A DNA stretch of 64,000 nt, taken from NCBI GenBank assembly GCA_041191945.1, contig JBEENX010000004.1, forward strand, positions 7,051 through 71,050, read 5' to 3'. Source of the DNA: Bacteroidota bacterium (lineage in GTDB: Bacteria; Bacteroidota; Bacteroidia; Flavobacteriales; Flavobacteriaceae). Positions 46,698 through 57,500 of this stretch are shown here, one piece after another; the first letter of the stretch is position 1; each line of letters starts with the position of its first letter. Below the pieces are notes generated by a model. The model was not told the DNA's origin. It saw nothing but the letters and a program-made list of their open reading frames with translations, and searched no databases. A program made the translations under genes and the position numbers.

Positions 46698-47285
46698 TTA
46701 GTTGTCTAAATGGTTTAAATAATCAAATACTTTATCTGTGGGCATTCCCATTACATTGGTGTACGAACCTTCTATTTTGGCAACACCAACAAAACCAATC
46801 CATTCTTGAATTCCGTAAGCTCCCGCTTTGTCATACGGTTTGTAATGGTCTAAATAATAGTGAATGGCTTCGTCGCTTAAGGTATTGAATGTTACTTTGG
46901 TCACTTCAAAAAGAGTGTCTGTTTTGTCTTTCGTTTTAAAACAAACCGAAGTAATGACTTCGTGAGTGGTATTCGATAACGATTTTAAAATAGTAAAAGC
47001 ATCTTGTTCATCTTTGGGTTTCCCCAAAGCCGTGTTGTTGTGCCAGACTATGGTGTCGCTCGTGATTAGAATTTCGTTATCAATTAATTCTCCTTCAAAA
47101 GCATTCGCTTTTAGTTCCGCTAAATAATTCGTTATTTCTTCTGCTTTCAATTCGGGAGGATAAATTTCTTCAACTTCTTTGAGCCGAATCTCAAAATCCA
47201 AATCCAAATCTTTGAAAAATTGTTGGCGTCTCGGCGAACCCGAAGCTAAAATCAATGAATAATTGGCTAATTTATTTCTAAGCAT
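46698..47285 (-). CDS. maf: Maf family nucleotide pyrophosphatase
   Basis: ILASGSPRR, SDTIV, GKP, DKAGAYGIQ, NV.G.P. Confidence 0.94.
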   Translation of the reverse strand: MLRNKLANYSLILASGSPRRQQFFKDLDLDFEIRLKEVEEIYPPELKAEEITNYLAELKANAFEGELIDNEILITSDTIVWHNNTALGKPKDEQDAFTILKSLSNTTHEVITSVCFKTKDKTDTLFEVTKVTFNTLSDEAIHYYLDHYKPYDKAGAYGIQEWIGFVGVAKIEGSYTNVMGMPTDKVFDYLNHLDN

Positions 47286-47297
47286 TGGATTGAATCG

Positions 47298-47825
47298 TTA
47301 ATCGTGTTTTCCGTCAAAGTTCTCCATCCATTTCCCTTGTACTTTCATCACCTGTTCAATCACATCGCGAACAGCTCCCTTTCCACCATTTTTATGTGAA
47401 ATATAAGTCGAAATGGATTTGATTTCAGGACTAGCGTCTTGTGGACAAGTAGGTAAACCTACTAATTTCATCACGTGATAATCTGGAATGTCATCGCCCA
47501 TGTACAGAACTTGTTCTGGTTTGATGTTGTAAATATCGGTGTATTCATCAAAAGTAGCTACTTTATCAGGTGTTCCTAAATGAATATCGGTAATTCCTAA
47601 ATTGCGTAACCGAACACGAACTCCTTCGTTACTTCCGCCTGAAATAATACATACATTATAACCGCAATCTACGGCTGATTTTAGTGCATATCCATCGCGA
47701 ATATTCATTGTACGTAACATTTCACCTTCGGTAGAAACAAAAACAGAACCGTCAGTGAGTACGCCATCAACATCAAAAATAAAAGTAGTGATGTCGTTCA
47801 TAATTTCTTTATAGCTTTTTGCCAT
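47298..47825 (-). CDS. kdsC: KdsC family phosphatase (KDO 8-phosphate phosphatase)
   Basis: FDVDGVLTDG, DGY, GDDIPD, GG.GAVR. Confidence 0.88.
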   Translation of the reverse strand: MAKSYKEIMNDITTFIFDVDGVLTDGSVFVSTEGEMLRTMNIRDGYALKSAVDCGYNVCIISGGSNEGVRVRLRNLGITDIHLGTPDKVATFDEYTDIYNIKPEQVLYMGDDIPDYHVMKLVGLPTCPQDASPEIKSISTYISHKNGGKGAVRDVIEQVMKVQGKWMENFDGKHD

Positions 47826-48570
47826 TATCTTGTATAGATTGAGTTAGTAGTGTATAAATTTTAGATTGGGTAGCATCAGTCAAAAACTGTTGATGTGCCT
47901 CAATAGTGGTAAGGTCATTGCGTTTTGCAGGCCCTGTTTGGGCTTCTTTTGGCGAAAGCGTCATAATTTTATTCGCCGTTTCCTGAATTAAAGGTTTCAA
48001 AATCTCAAAAGGAATTTGATTGTTTTCACAAATTTCATGTCCTATTTGGTATAAATGATTGACAAAATTATTCACAAACACGGCTGCTACGTGCAAGGCT
48101 TTTCGTTGTTCAGAATTGATTTCGTACACCGCATTTGAAATGGCATTAGCAAGTTGGTTCAAGGTTTGTAAATCCTCTTTATTTTCGGTTTCTAAGCAAA
48201 TTGGTATTGTTGTAAAATCAACTGCTTTGTCTTTGGAAAACGTTTGTAACGGATAAAAAACGCCACGACGATTTTTAGTAGCTAAAGCACTTAAAGCGAC
48301 CGTTCCCGAAGTATGAACTACCAATCGGTTTTCAAAAGGGAGCTGTGCTGAAACCTCAGCAATAGCATCGTCAGCTACTGCTATGATATACACATCGGCA
48401 ACTTGTAATTGGTTGTAGTCAGAAGTAATACGATTCAAATTGAGTAGGTGAGTGATACGTTCTTTATTGCGTGCCCCTACCTGAACCAATTCGATTTCAC
48501 TATTCGATTGAAAAGCCTGAATCAAATGATGCGCTACATTTCCAGAACCAATAATACTTACTTTAGTCAT
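47809..48570 (-). CDS. Rossmann-like and DUF2520 domain protein
   Basis: IGSGNVA, HTSG, FYPLQTFS, H.AAVF..NF.N, QTGPA.R.D. Confidence 0.88.
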   Translation of the reverse strand: MTKVSIIGSGNVAHHLIQAFQSNSEIELVQVGARNKERITHLLNLNRITSDYNQLQVADVYIIAVADDAIAEVSAQLPFENRLVVHTSGTVALSALATKNRRGVFYPLQTFSKDKAVDFTTIPICLETENKEDLQTLNQLANAISNAVYEINSEQRKALHVAAVFVNNFVNHLYQIGHEICENNQIPFEILKPLIQETANKIMTLSPKEAQTGPAKRNDLTTIEAHQQFLTDATQSKIYTLLTQSIQDNGKKL

Positions 48571-48725
48571 AGTTGCAAATTTAGCAAAAAAATGAAGAGT
48601 TTAGTCCTCGTTATTTGAAATCATAACCCCTCTTAATTTTGAATTAAATTAACAAGTGTCCCATTATAGAAGTCAACATTTTTAAGTACTTTTGTCGCAC
48701 TTTTACAAAATATAATTCCTTACTA

Positions 48726-51700
48726 ATGGATAAAAAAATAAGCTCAATTTTGTTTTCTACTCGCTTAATGGCGGTTCTTTTTATAGTTTTTGCGGTGGCG
48801 ATGGGAGCAGGAACCTTCATTGAAAGTAAATACAATACAGATACAGCCCGAATTTGGATATATAATTCGTGGTGGTTTGAAGTGATTATGGTGTTCTTCA
48901 TGATTAATTTCATTGGAAATATTAAGCGTTACCAATTGCTAAAGAAAGAAAAATGGGCTACTTTAGTATTGCATTTGGCTTTTATTTTTATTCTGCTAGG
49001 GGCTTTTATTACGCGGTATATTAGTTATGAAGGAGTGATGCCCATTCGCGAAGGCGCAACAGAAAACAAAGTGTATTCTGATAAGACCTTTTTAACCGTT
49101 TTTGTCGATGGGGAGTACAAAGGTGAAATGAAACGACGTGTATTTGAAAAGCCGTTAGTGCTTTCTCCAGTAACCAAAAATGATTTCACACTTTCGGGAG
49201 AATTTGATAATGATCCTTTTGAGGTGCGTTATGTCAATTATATTATGGGTGCTAAACAAAAAATTACACCAAATGCTAAAGGAACATTGTATTTAAAATT
49301 AGTAGAAGCTGGCGAGGGTGGTCGAGAAGAGCATTTTTTGAAAGAAGGAGAAGTACAGAATATTCATAACGTGTTGTTTGCATTGAATAAACCTACAGCA
49401 GGCGCTATTAATATTGATACAAAAGGTGCTACACCTACCATTCAAACCCCTTTTGAAGGTAATTTTATGCGAATGGCAGATAAACTTCAGGGTAAAGTCG
49501 AAAAAGACATTGTACAACCTTTGATGATGCGTTCGCTGTACTCTATTGGCGAAAAACGATTTGTTTTTCCGGATGTTCCCACTCGAGGAACTATTGCGTA
49601 TGAATCCAACAATGATTTCAAAGCCAAAAATCACGAAGATGCTTTAGTGATTAAGTTGAAAGCCGAAGGTCAGGAAAAAGAAGTAACTATTTTGGGTTCT
49701 AAAGGAAAAACAGGTGAACCGAAAACAGTAAAAATAGGTAATAAAGACTATTCTTTCTTTTTTGGAAGTAAAACTTACGATTTGCCTTTTACTATCAAGT
49801 TGAATGATTTTATTGCAAAAAAATACCCCGGAACAGAGAAAAGTTATTCGGCTTTTGAGAGCCAAGTAACGGTTAAAGATGCGACAGATTCATTTAATGC
49901 AGAAATCTATATGAATCATGTTTTGGATCATAAGGGCTATCGTTTTTTTCAATCGTCTTTTGATCCTGATGAAAAAGGAACGGTATTGTCTGTTAACCAT
50001 GATTTTTGGGGAACCAATATCACGTATTTAGGATACTTCCTTTTGTATATTGCTATGATGGCCATTTTATTTACTAAGCATTCTCGTTTTGCTGATTTGA
50101 AACGAAAATTGGAAGTCGTGAAATCGAAGAAAGCCAATTTACTTTTGGTGTTAGTTCTACTGTTGAGTTGGAATGGCTGGTCTCAAGAGCACAATCATAG
50201 GCATGAGACAACAACTTCGCACAATCATTCCGGTCATAGTCAAAAAATGCCCTCTTTAAAAGAAATTGATTCTTTGATTGCAAAATATAAAGTTTCTGAA
50301 GAACATGCGGCTCAATTTGGGCGTTTGATTATTCAGGACGCGGGTGGAAGAATGAAACCGATTAACACCTTTTCTTCTGAATTATTGCGAAAAGTAAGTC
50401 ATTCGGATACCTATAAAGGGATGAATTCAGACCAAGCTTTTTTATCTATGACGCAATATGCTAGTGCTTGGATTCAGGTACCTATTATTTATATCAAAGC
50501 TGGAAATGACAGTATTCGTAAAATCATCGGGATAGATTCCAAAGCGAAGTTTGCTCCTTTTATTTCTTTTTTTGATGCCAAGGGAAATTATAAGTTATCA
50601 CCTTATTTAGAGGAGGCTTTTAAAAGTGCTAATCCCAATCAGTTTGAGAAGGATTTTATTGAAACAGATAAAAAAGTGAATTTGATGGAATCGGCTTTGA
50701 GTGGTAGAATTTTGAAAATTTTCCCTATTCCAAACGATCCAAATAGCAAATGGATTTCGTATTTAGAATTGAACGAATCAGGCATGAAAGGTATGGATGC
50801 TACCTATACAAAGAGTATTTTGCCTTTGTATTTTGGGACAATAAACACGGCCGCTATTTCTAATGATTACAAATCGGCGAATGAATTATTAGAAAGTTTA
50901 AAAGGTTTTCAAAAGAAGTTTGGAAGTACCGTTATGCCTTCGGAAGATAAAATTGATTTAGAGATTGCCTATAATAAATACGATGTTTTTAAAGGTTTGC
51001 CGTATTGGTATTTAACAGCGGCAGTAGTGATGTTATTATTAACAATAGTTGAATTATTCAAATCCAGAAAATCGATTCGTGTAGCCATTAATGTGACTCA
51101 TGTTGGTATTGGTTTCCTTTTTCTATTACATACTTTAGGTTTAGTTGCCCGTTGGATAATTTCGGGACACGCTCCTTGGAGTAATGCGTATGAATCGATT
51201 ATTTATGTGGCTTGGGCTACGATGTTTTTTGGTTTGGCTTTCGACAGAAAATCAAAATTGACAGTAGCCTCATCGGCATTTGTAACGGCGATGATTTTGA
51301 TGGCGGCTTATATGAATTGGATAGACCCTGAAATTGCTAATTTACAACCGGTATTGAATTCGTACTGGTTGATGATTCACGTGGCAGTAATTGTGGCAAG
51401 TTATGGCCCTTTTGCTTTGGGAATGATTTTAGGATTAGTTTCGTTACTTTTGATTTTGTTTACGAATGAAAAAAACAAAGCCAAAATGGATTTGAATATT
51501 CAGGAGTTGACGTATATTAACGAAATGGCATTGACTATTGGATTGATTATGCTAACTATTGGAAACTTCCTTGGCGGACAATGGGCTAACGAAAGTTGGG
51601 GACGTTACTGGGGATGGGATCCAAAAGAAACCTGGGCCTTAATTAGTATTATGGTGTATGCTTTTGTAATTCATGCAAGATTTGTACCTGCTTTGAGAGG

Positions 51701-51905
51701 GAAATGGATTTTTAATCTGATGAGTATGGTGGCTTTTGTTTCTATTTTATTTACTTATTATGGAGTTAATTTTCATTTAGTTGGATTGCATTCGTATGCC
51801 AGTGGAGAGGCGAAATCATTAAGTTGGATTTGGGAAACGCTAGGAGGGATTACTTTGTTAGGAGCAATTACGTATCCAAAATATAAAAAATATTATAAGA
51901 AATAA
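48726..51905 (+). CDS. ccsA: Fused cytochrome c biogenesis protein CcsBA (system II)
   Basis: N-terminal ResB-like region; WWD motif WANESWGRYWGWDPKETW, WLMIHV, GLHSYA; His-rich linker. Confidence 0.93.
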   Translation: MDKKISSILFSTRLMAVLFIVFAVAMGAGTFIESKYNTDTARIWIYNSWWFEVIMVFFMINFIGNIKRYQLLKKEKWATLVLHLAFIFILLGAFITRYISYEGVMPIREGATENKVYSDKTFLTVFVDGEYKGEMKRRVFEKPLVLSPVTKNDFTLSGEFDNDPFEVRYVNYIMGAKQKITPNAKGTLYLKLVEAGEGGREEHFLKEGEVQNIHNVLFALNKPTAGAINIDTKGATPTIQTPFEGNFMRMADKLQGKVEKDIVQPLMMRSLYSIGEKRFVFPDVPTRGTIAYESNNDFKAKNHEDALVIKLKAEGQEKEVTILGSKGKTGEPKTVKIGNKDYSFFFGSKTYDLPFTIKLNDFIAKKYPGTEKSYSAFESQVTVKDATDSFNAEIYMNHVLDHKGYRFFQSSFDPDEKGTVLSVNHDFWGTNITYLGYFLLYIAMMAILFTKHSRFADLKRKLEVVKSKKANLLLVLVLLLSWNGWSQEHNHRHETTTSHNHSGHSQKMPSLKEIDSLIAKYKVSEEHAAQFGRLIIQDAGGRMKPINTFSSELLRKVSHSDTYKGMNSDQAFLSMTQYASAWIQVPIIYIKAGNDSIRKIIGIDSKAKFAPFISFFDAKGNYKLSPYLEEAFKSANPNQFEKDFIETDKKVNLMESALSGRILKIFPIPNDPNSKWISYLELNESGMKGMDATYTKSILPLYFGTINTAAISNDYKSANELLESLKGFQKKFGSTVMPSEDKIDLEIAYNKYDVFKGLPYWYLTAAVVMLLLTIVELFKSRKSIRVAINVTHVGIGFLFLLHTLGLVARWIISGHAPWSNAYESIIYVAWATMFFGLAFDRKSKLTVASSAFVTAMILMAAYMNWIDPEIANLQPVLNSYWLMIHVAVIVASYGPFALGMILGLVSLLLILFTNEKNKAKMDLNIQELTYINEMALTIGLIMLTIGNFLGGQWANESWGRYWGWDPKETWALISIMVYAFVIHARFVPALRGKWIFNLMSMVAFVSILFTYYGVNFHLVGLHSYASGEAKSLSWIWETLGGITLLGAITYPKYKKYYKK

Positions 51906-51928
51906 AATAGAAAAGGTATATTAATATT

Positions 51929-51960
51929 AAAAAAAGGTTCAATTAGTTGAACCTTTTTTT
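51929..51960. terminator. Bidirectional terminator
   Basis: AAAAAAAGGTTCAA-TTAG-TTGAACCTTTTTTT. Confidence 0.85.
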
Positions 51961-53137
51961 AATTAAAGCGTTTTTGTCGTAATAATCTAATCAAAAATTC
52001 TTGAGGAGATACACCTGTAACGTCTTTGAAACTAATAAAGAAAGTATTGTATGAAGTAAATCCAATTTCTTTGGCTAAAGATTCATATGTATTTGTTGTT
52101 AAATATCCTGCATTAATTAATTCTAATCCATCATAAATTCGAACAATTTTTTTGTATTCAGGGAAAGATATTTTAGAATGATATTTAAATAAGAAAGAAA
52201 GATGACTTTTAGGGATATTTAATTTGTTTGCTAAATCAGAAAGAGAAAATTTAGCATCTCGATAGGATTGATTATGAAATGAAAATTGATCTACTTCTTG
52301 CATATATTGAAATATGGTGTTTTTTATTTTTTCATTTAATTGATTGTCTTGTACATTGTTGATTTGAGATATAGGAGATTTGCTCCAAAATGCAATTGTT
52401 GCATTATTCATTTTCTTATGTTCATTTATTTTTGCATTTAAATAATTATAACCATATAGAATTTCAGGAGAGACAATGATTTTAAAGAAAAGAATAAGCC
52501 AAAAAACACTAGGTATCCATTGATAACTTGTAGCATACGCATAGTTGTCATTATTGATTTCCCAAAATAAAATTAAGATGACTCTTGCGCCAACAATAAT
52601 TAAAAAAGAAAAAAGATAAATAGTCCACTTTTTAATGAGTTGATTTTGTTTGATAACCACTTCTATTTCTCCTTTTCTATTCCAAACGTTTTTATAAAGT
52701 ATTTTATAAATTAATATATAATAAAAAAGGGTGTATAATGTAAAGAAGATGTAATAGTAATAGTTTACATGTTCAATTTTTAAATATTGATTATCAAATA
52801 AATAATCTATAATATTAAATCCAGTAGGAATAATTAAGTGAATTAAATTTTTAAAATAAATTGTTTTGCAGTCCTTTATTAGGTTTTCAAAATACAAGTA
52901 ACTACAAGGTACAATTATTATTAGTAGGTTATTATAATCATGTAATATTTCTTCAATAAAGCTATTTTTTTGAATTTTAAATACAGCAATTGATAGCATG
53001 CGAACTGCTACAATTAGGAATGTGATAACAAGATAAACATTAGTAATTCTATTTGATTTGTACCGTAATAGAATTAGAAATATGGTTAGAAATCCAACGA
53101 GTCCCGAAAATAAAACAATTAAATTTTCTATCATCAT
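51959..53137 (-). CDS. Membrane-bound AraC-family transcriptional regulator
   Basis: About 7 N-terminal TM helices; C-terminal HTH SLSDLA..L.IP..HLS ... LA.E.GF.S..TF...FK..TG.SP. Confidence 0.92.
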   Translation of the reverse strand: MMIENLIVLFSGLVGFLTIFLILLRYKSNRITNVYLVITFLIVAVRMLSIAVFKIQKNSFIEEILHDYNNLLIIIVPCSYLYFENLIKDCKTIYFKNLIHLIIPTGFNIIDYLFDNQYLKIEHVNYYYYIFFTLYTLFYYILIYKILYKNVWNRKGEIEVVIKQNQLIKKWTIYLFSFLIIVGARVILILFWEINNDNYAYATSYQWIPSVFWLILFFKIIVSPEILYGYNYLNAKINEHKKMNNATIAFWSKSPISQINNVQDNQLNEKIKNTIFQYMQEVDQFSFHNQSYRDAKFSLSDLANKLNIPKSHLSFLFKYHSKISFPEYKKIVRIYDGLELINAGYLTTNTYESLAKEIGFTSYNTFFISFKDVTGVSPQEFLIRLLRQKRFN

Positions 53138-53454
53138 TTAATGTACAATAAATAATAAACTTAAATTGATTGATGAGGGGGAAATATTTGATATCAGAAG
53201 ATTACTTTGCAAAAATAACCTTTTTTATTTGTTATAATGAAGCTCACGTAGCCTTATTTGTTCTTAAACAAGTTACTAAAATTCTAAAAAAGGATACTAT
53301 TTATTAAAAAGATTTAATTTTTAAAACTTAAATAGTTACTAATTGTCTTAAATGGATTATTTAATTCTTCAAATTTTATCATGTGGTAAGTTGATCAATT
53401 TTCTGAAGTCTAACTATTTAGTAGTATTGTATTCTTGTAAATTCCTATATTTTT

Positions 53455-53937
53455 ATGAAAAGAACATTACTATTTATTTTAATAGGTTTTCCTATTTACA
53501 GTCAACAATTGCATCATCAAATGCTTTCTTCACAAGGTGTTTCAAACACCCTTTTAAGTGGTGTTAAAGTCAGTCAAACTGTGGGACAACAAAGTGTTAT
53601 TGGAAACTATAATTTTCCGACTACCATAGTTAGTCAAGGTTTTCAAAAAAATCTTCTCTCCAAGTCAGATGTTTTTGTTTTAGCAGATAAAATAAATACG
53701 ATTGTCTATCCAAACCCTTTTGTAGATCAAATTCACTTTCACTTTTCGAAACCTTTAAATGGTCTTATCTCGATAACAATTTTTGATATTCTAGGAAGAC
53801 TTGTTTACAAAGATCAAAAAGAAGTTATTAATAACACTATTAACATAGATAATCTTCAATTTCCTGATAATGAATACTTGGTAAAATTGTCAGGAACTAA
53901 TTTTAATTACTCAACTCAATTAATCAAATCCAAATGA
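53455..53937 (+). CDS. Small T9SS type A sorting domain protein
   Basis: Signal peptide; SQTVGQ...QGFQ N-part; CTD VYPNP, I.IFDILGR.V, Y.VK, final strand TQLIKSK. Confidence 0.88.
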   Translation: MKRTLLFILIGFPIYSQQLHHQMLSSQGVSNTLLSGVKVSQTVGQQSVIGNYNFPTTIVSQGFQKNLLSKSDVFVLADKINTIVYPNPFVDQIHFHFSKPLNGLISITIFDILGRLVYKDQKEVINNTINIDNLQFPDNEYLVKLSGTNFNYSTQLIKSK

Positions 53938-54554
53938 AAAGAAAACTACTAATTTTATTTTTTATCTTAAGTGCTGTTACTGCACATTCTCAGGAAATAT
54001 CCTTTGCTATTGGGACTAATTTTACGCAGTACAATTTAAAGAATCCAGAGACATTTATTGGAACTCCGTTGCAAACGGGTTCAGGATCTAGTTGTGAAAT
54101 AGCATATCTAGATACTACCAATCAAAACAAATTATTTTATGAAATTGGAATAGGAATCAATGAATATAATGCACTGGCTGGAACCACTGCAAATTCGTAC
54201 CGATGGACTACAAAATCTTTTGGGGCACGATTAGGATTAGAATATGAATTATTCAATTTAGGTAAAGTCCAATTAAGACCACAAATAGGGATGAATTTTT
54301 CAACAATAGTGTATGGGAAGCAAGAAATAAACGGTGCTATTTTTGATATTCGAAATAATTCTGATTTTTCTGGAATTAAGTTAATTCCTTATTTAGGAAT
54401 AAAGGCCAAATATAAATTAGCAGATAACACTTCAATATCCTTTGGTTATAATAATTCTATTTCTTTTAAACCGACACTTACAAACAAAGAATATTTAACA
54501 ATAACTTCTAGTCAAATTGTTTTTGGTCTTCATTTTAACATTAATAATAAATAA
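53934..54554 (+). CDS. Outer-membrane beta-barrel protein
   Basis: Signal peptide, amphipathic strands, C-terminal FGLHFNI; overlaps upstream stop (ATGA). Confidence 0.75.
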   Translation: MKRKLLILFFILSAVTAHSQEISFAIGTNFTQYNLKNPETFIGTPLQTGSGSSCEIAYLDTTNQNKLFYEIGIGINEYNALAGTTANSYRWTTKSFGARLGLEYELFNLGKVQLRPQIGMNFSTIVYGKQEINGAIFDIRNNSDFSGIKLIPYLGIKAKYKLADNTSISFGYNNSISFKPTLTNKEYLTITSSQIVFGLHFNINNK

Positions 54555-54556
54555 AT

Positions 54557-57500
54557 ATGAAAAAAATAGTACTCTTAATTACGCTACTTTTTTCTGTAGT
54601 AACTTTTGCTCAGAATCAAGGAATTACCTACCAAGCCGTATTGTATAATACAAAAGGTGAGTCTTTACCAGGAATTAATAATCCTACCTCTCCTATGATA
54701 AACAAATCGGTTTGTTTGCAATTCTCAATTATAGATAGCAATTCACAAATAGAATACCAAGAGAAAGCTACAGTTATAACCGATGCTTTTGGAATGGTTA
54801 ATCTAGTGATAGGAAACGGAACCCAAACAGGAGGATATGCTTCTTCATTTGCAACAATTGTCTGGTCAAATGGACAAAAAAAATTGAAAGTTAGCCTCGA
54901 TCAGACAGGAAATTGTACAGTATATGAAGAGATAAATAATCAATTATTAACTTATGTGCCTTATGCTTTAAATGCGAGTAACGCTACTACTGTTTCAGGT
55001 GTTGTTGGGATTGCTAATGGAGGGACTAACGCAACAACTATTTTAGGTGCCAAAACAAATTTACAATTACAAAATGTAGATAATACTAGTGATTTAAATA
55101 AACCAGTTAGTACAGCAACACGAGTTGTCTTAGATACTAAAGTTGATAAAGTAACTGGTAAAGGATTGTCAACAGAAGACTTTACAACTGCTGAAAAAAC
55201 TAAGTTAGCTTCTTTGACAGGTACTCCTGATTTAAGCGGTTATGCTACTGTTACATCGCTTACTGATGCTGTTACAAATAAATTTGTGGACTTGACAACG
55301 AATCAATCTATAGCAGGAAATAAAAATTTCACCTCAGATATTCAAGTAAATGGTTTGACTATAGGAAAAGGTAAAGGACAAAATGATCAAAATACAGCTG
55401 TTGGTGCGGGTGCTTTAAATTCGAGTAATAGTAATGGAACAAGAAATACTGCTGTAGGTGCTTTAGCCTTAGCAAATTATGCTGGAACTACTTTTGATAA
55501 CAACACAGGTGTAGGTTATTTTAATATGATTGGGTTAACTACGGGTTATGGAAATACTTCTCTTGGAGCTGAGACAATGTTTAATGTAGGAGCAGCATCC
55601 AATAATACGGCGATAGGAAATCAATCCCTGATTAATGCTGCAGGAGATAATAATGTTGGTGTAGGTGCCCGTTCTGGAGATGGTTTGACCACTGGAACTA
55701 ATAATACATTTTTAGGAACTCAAGCTAGGACATTGGGAAGTTCGTCTACAATTTCTAATTCAACAGCTTTAGGTTATGATGCTGTTGTATCTACCAATAA
55801 TACCATCCAACTTGGTAATACAGCTATTACTGATGTAAAAACTAATGGTGCAATTACTGCTACAAAGTTTAAAATTCCAAATGGTACAGCTTCTCAATTC
55901 TTGATGGCTGATGGATCAGTATCTAATTCTGCAGGGGTTCCATACAGTGGCGCTACGACTTCTGTTAATTTAGGGAATAATAATTTACAAGCTAATCAGA
56001 TAACAACAAATAGCCTATCAGTTGGTAATATTAATAACATGGCTGTTGGAATGAAAGGAACTGGTGAAACTAATTATTTTGGTAATGGTTCAATGGCTTA
56101 TTCACCTGGAGGTTTTGCCAATACTGCTTTTGGAACTTTAACGCTTTCAGAAACCCAAGGCGATGAAAATACAGCTTTAGGTTCGCAAGCTATGCGTAGT
56201 AATACTACTGGAGCTAAAAATACGGCTGTTGGTAGAGCTAGTTTGGGCGGAAATTTAACAGGGAGTAGTAACACAGCTATTGGTTATAACACTAGAGTAG
56301 GTAGTAATAATCTAACAAATACAACTGTTATTGGAGCTAATGCAATAGTATCTGCAAGCAATACAATTCAATTAGGAGATACTAATGTAACTAGTGTAAA
56401 AACAAGTGGTAAATTAACCACAGGTTCCATAACATTACCTAACACAGATGGAACATCGGGTCAAGTTTTATCAACAAATGGATCTGGTGTGGTGTCTTGG
56501 ATTACACCATCTTCAGTAAATACTTCTAATTTAGTTGATTTGACAACGAATCAAACCGTTGCAGGAAATAAAACATTCTCAGGTATAACAACTGTTTCAA
56601 ATACGACAGCTTCTACAACTACAACATCAGGAGCTCTCGTTGTTGCTGGAGGTGCTGGTATAACAGGTAATGTTAATGTAGGAGGTAATGAAACTATATC
56701 AGGGAGTTTAGGAATTGGAACTACTGCCACAAATTCATCTGCAGCTCTTGAAGTTAATTCTACCACAAAAGGAATCTTATTCCCTCGAGTTACACTAGCA
56801 CAGAGAGATTTGATAGCTTCTCCAGCTAAAGGATTAGTGGTAATGTGTACTGATTGTGGTCAGACAGGTGGTGAATTAGGAGAGCTACAAGTATTTAATG
56901 GATCCAGATGGACTAATGCAGTTGGTACAGATGCTTCTGGGGTTTCTGCAGGGGTAGGAGTACCTGCTATCGGATCGAGTTTTCAGGGAGGTTTAGTAGC
57001 TTATATTCTAGCACCAACGGATCCAGGATATGAAGCAGGAAAAATAAAAGGACTCATAGTTACTGCTACGGATATCTCATCGGCTGCAGGAATAAGATAT
57101 GATGCAGGTACTGCTATTTTAGGCATTAATAATGTTGGAACTGCTATAGGAACAGGTTTAGCCAATACAGTTGCATCTTATACTGCTTATGGAAGTGTAA
57201 ATAGATCAATTCCTAAAATTGCCATGGATTATTCAGTCGTTGAAAATGGAGTTACCTATGATGATTGGTACATACCTTCAAGAGATGAGTTGTTAAAAAT
57301 TCATGCAAACAAAGCTTTATTAGGTAGTTTCCCTTCTTCGAGAGGATATTGGTCTTCCAGTCTTTGGACAAATAGTCAAGCATTAACAATGGTCGTTTTT
57401 TCAGATACAAGAGGGTACTATGGAGGAGATGGAACAGATGATGGTAGAAATAGAGTACGATTTGTAAGATCTTTTTCTATACCAATTCAGACTACTATAA

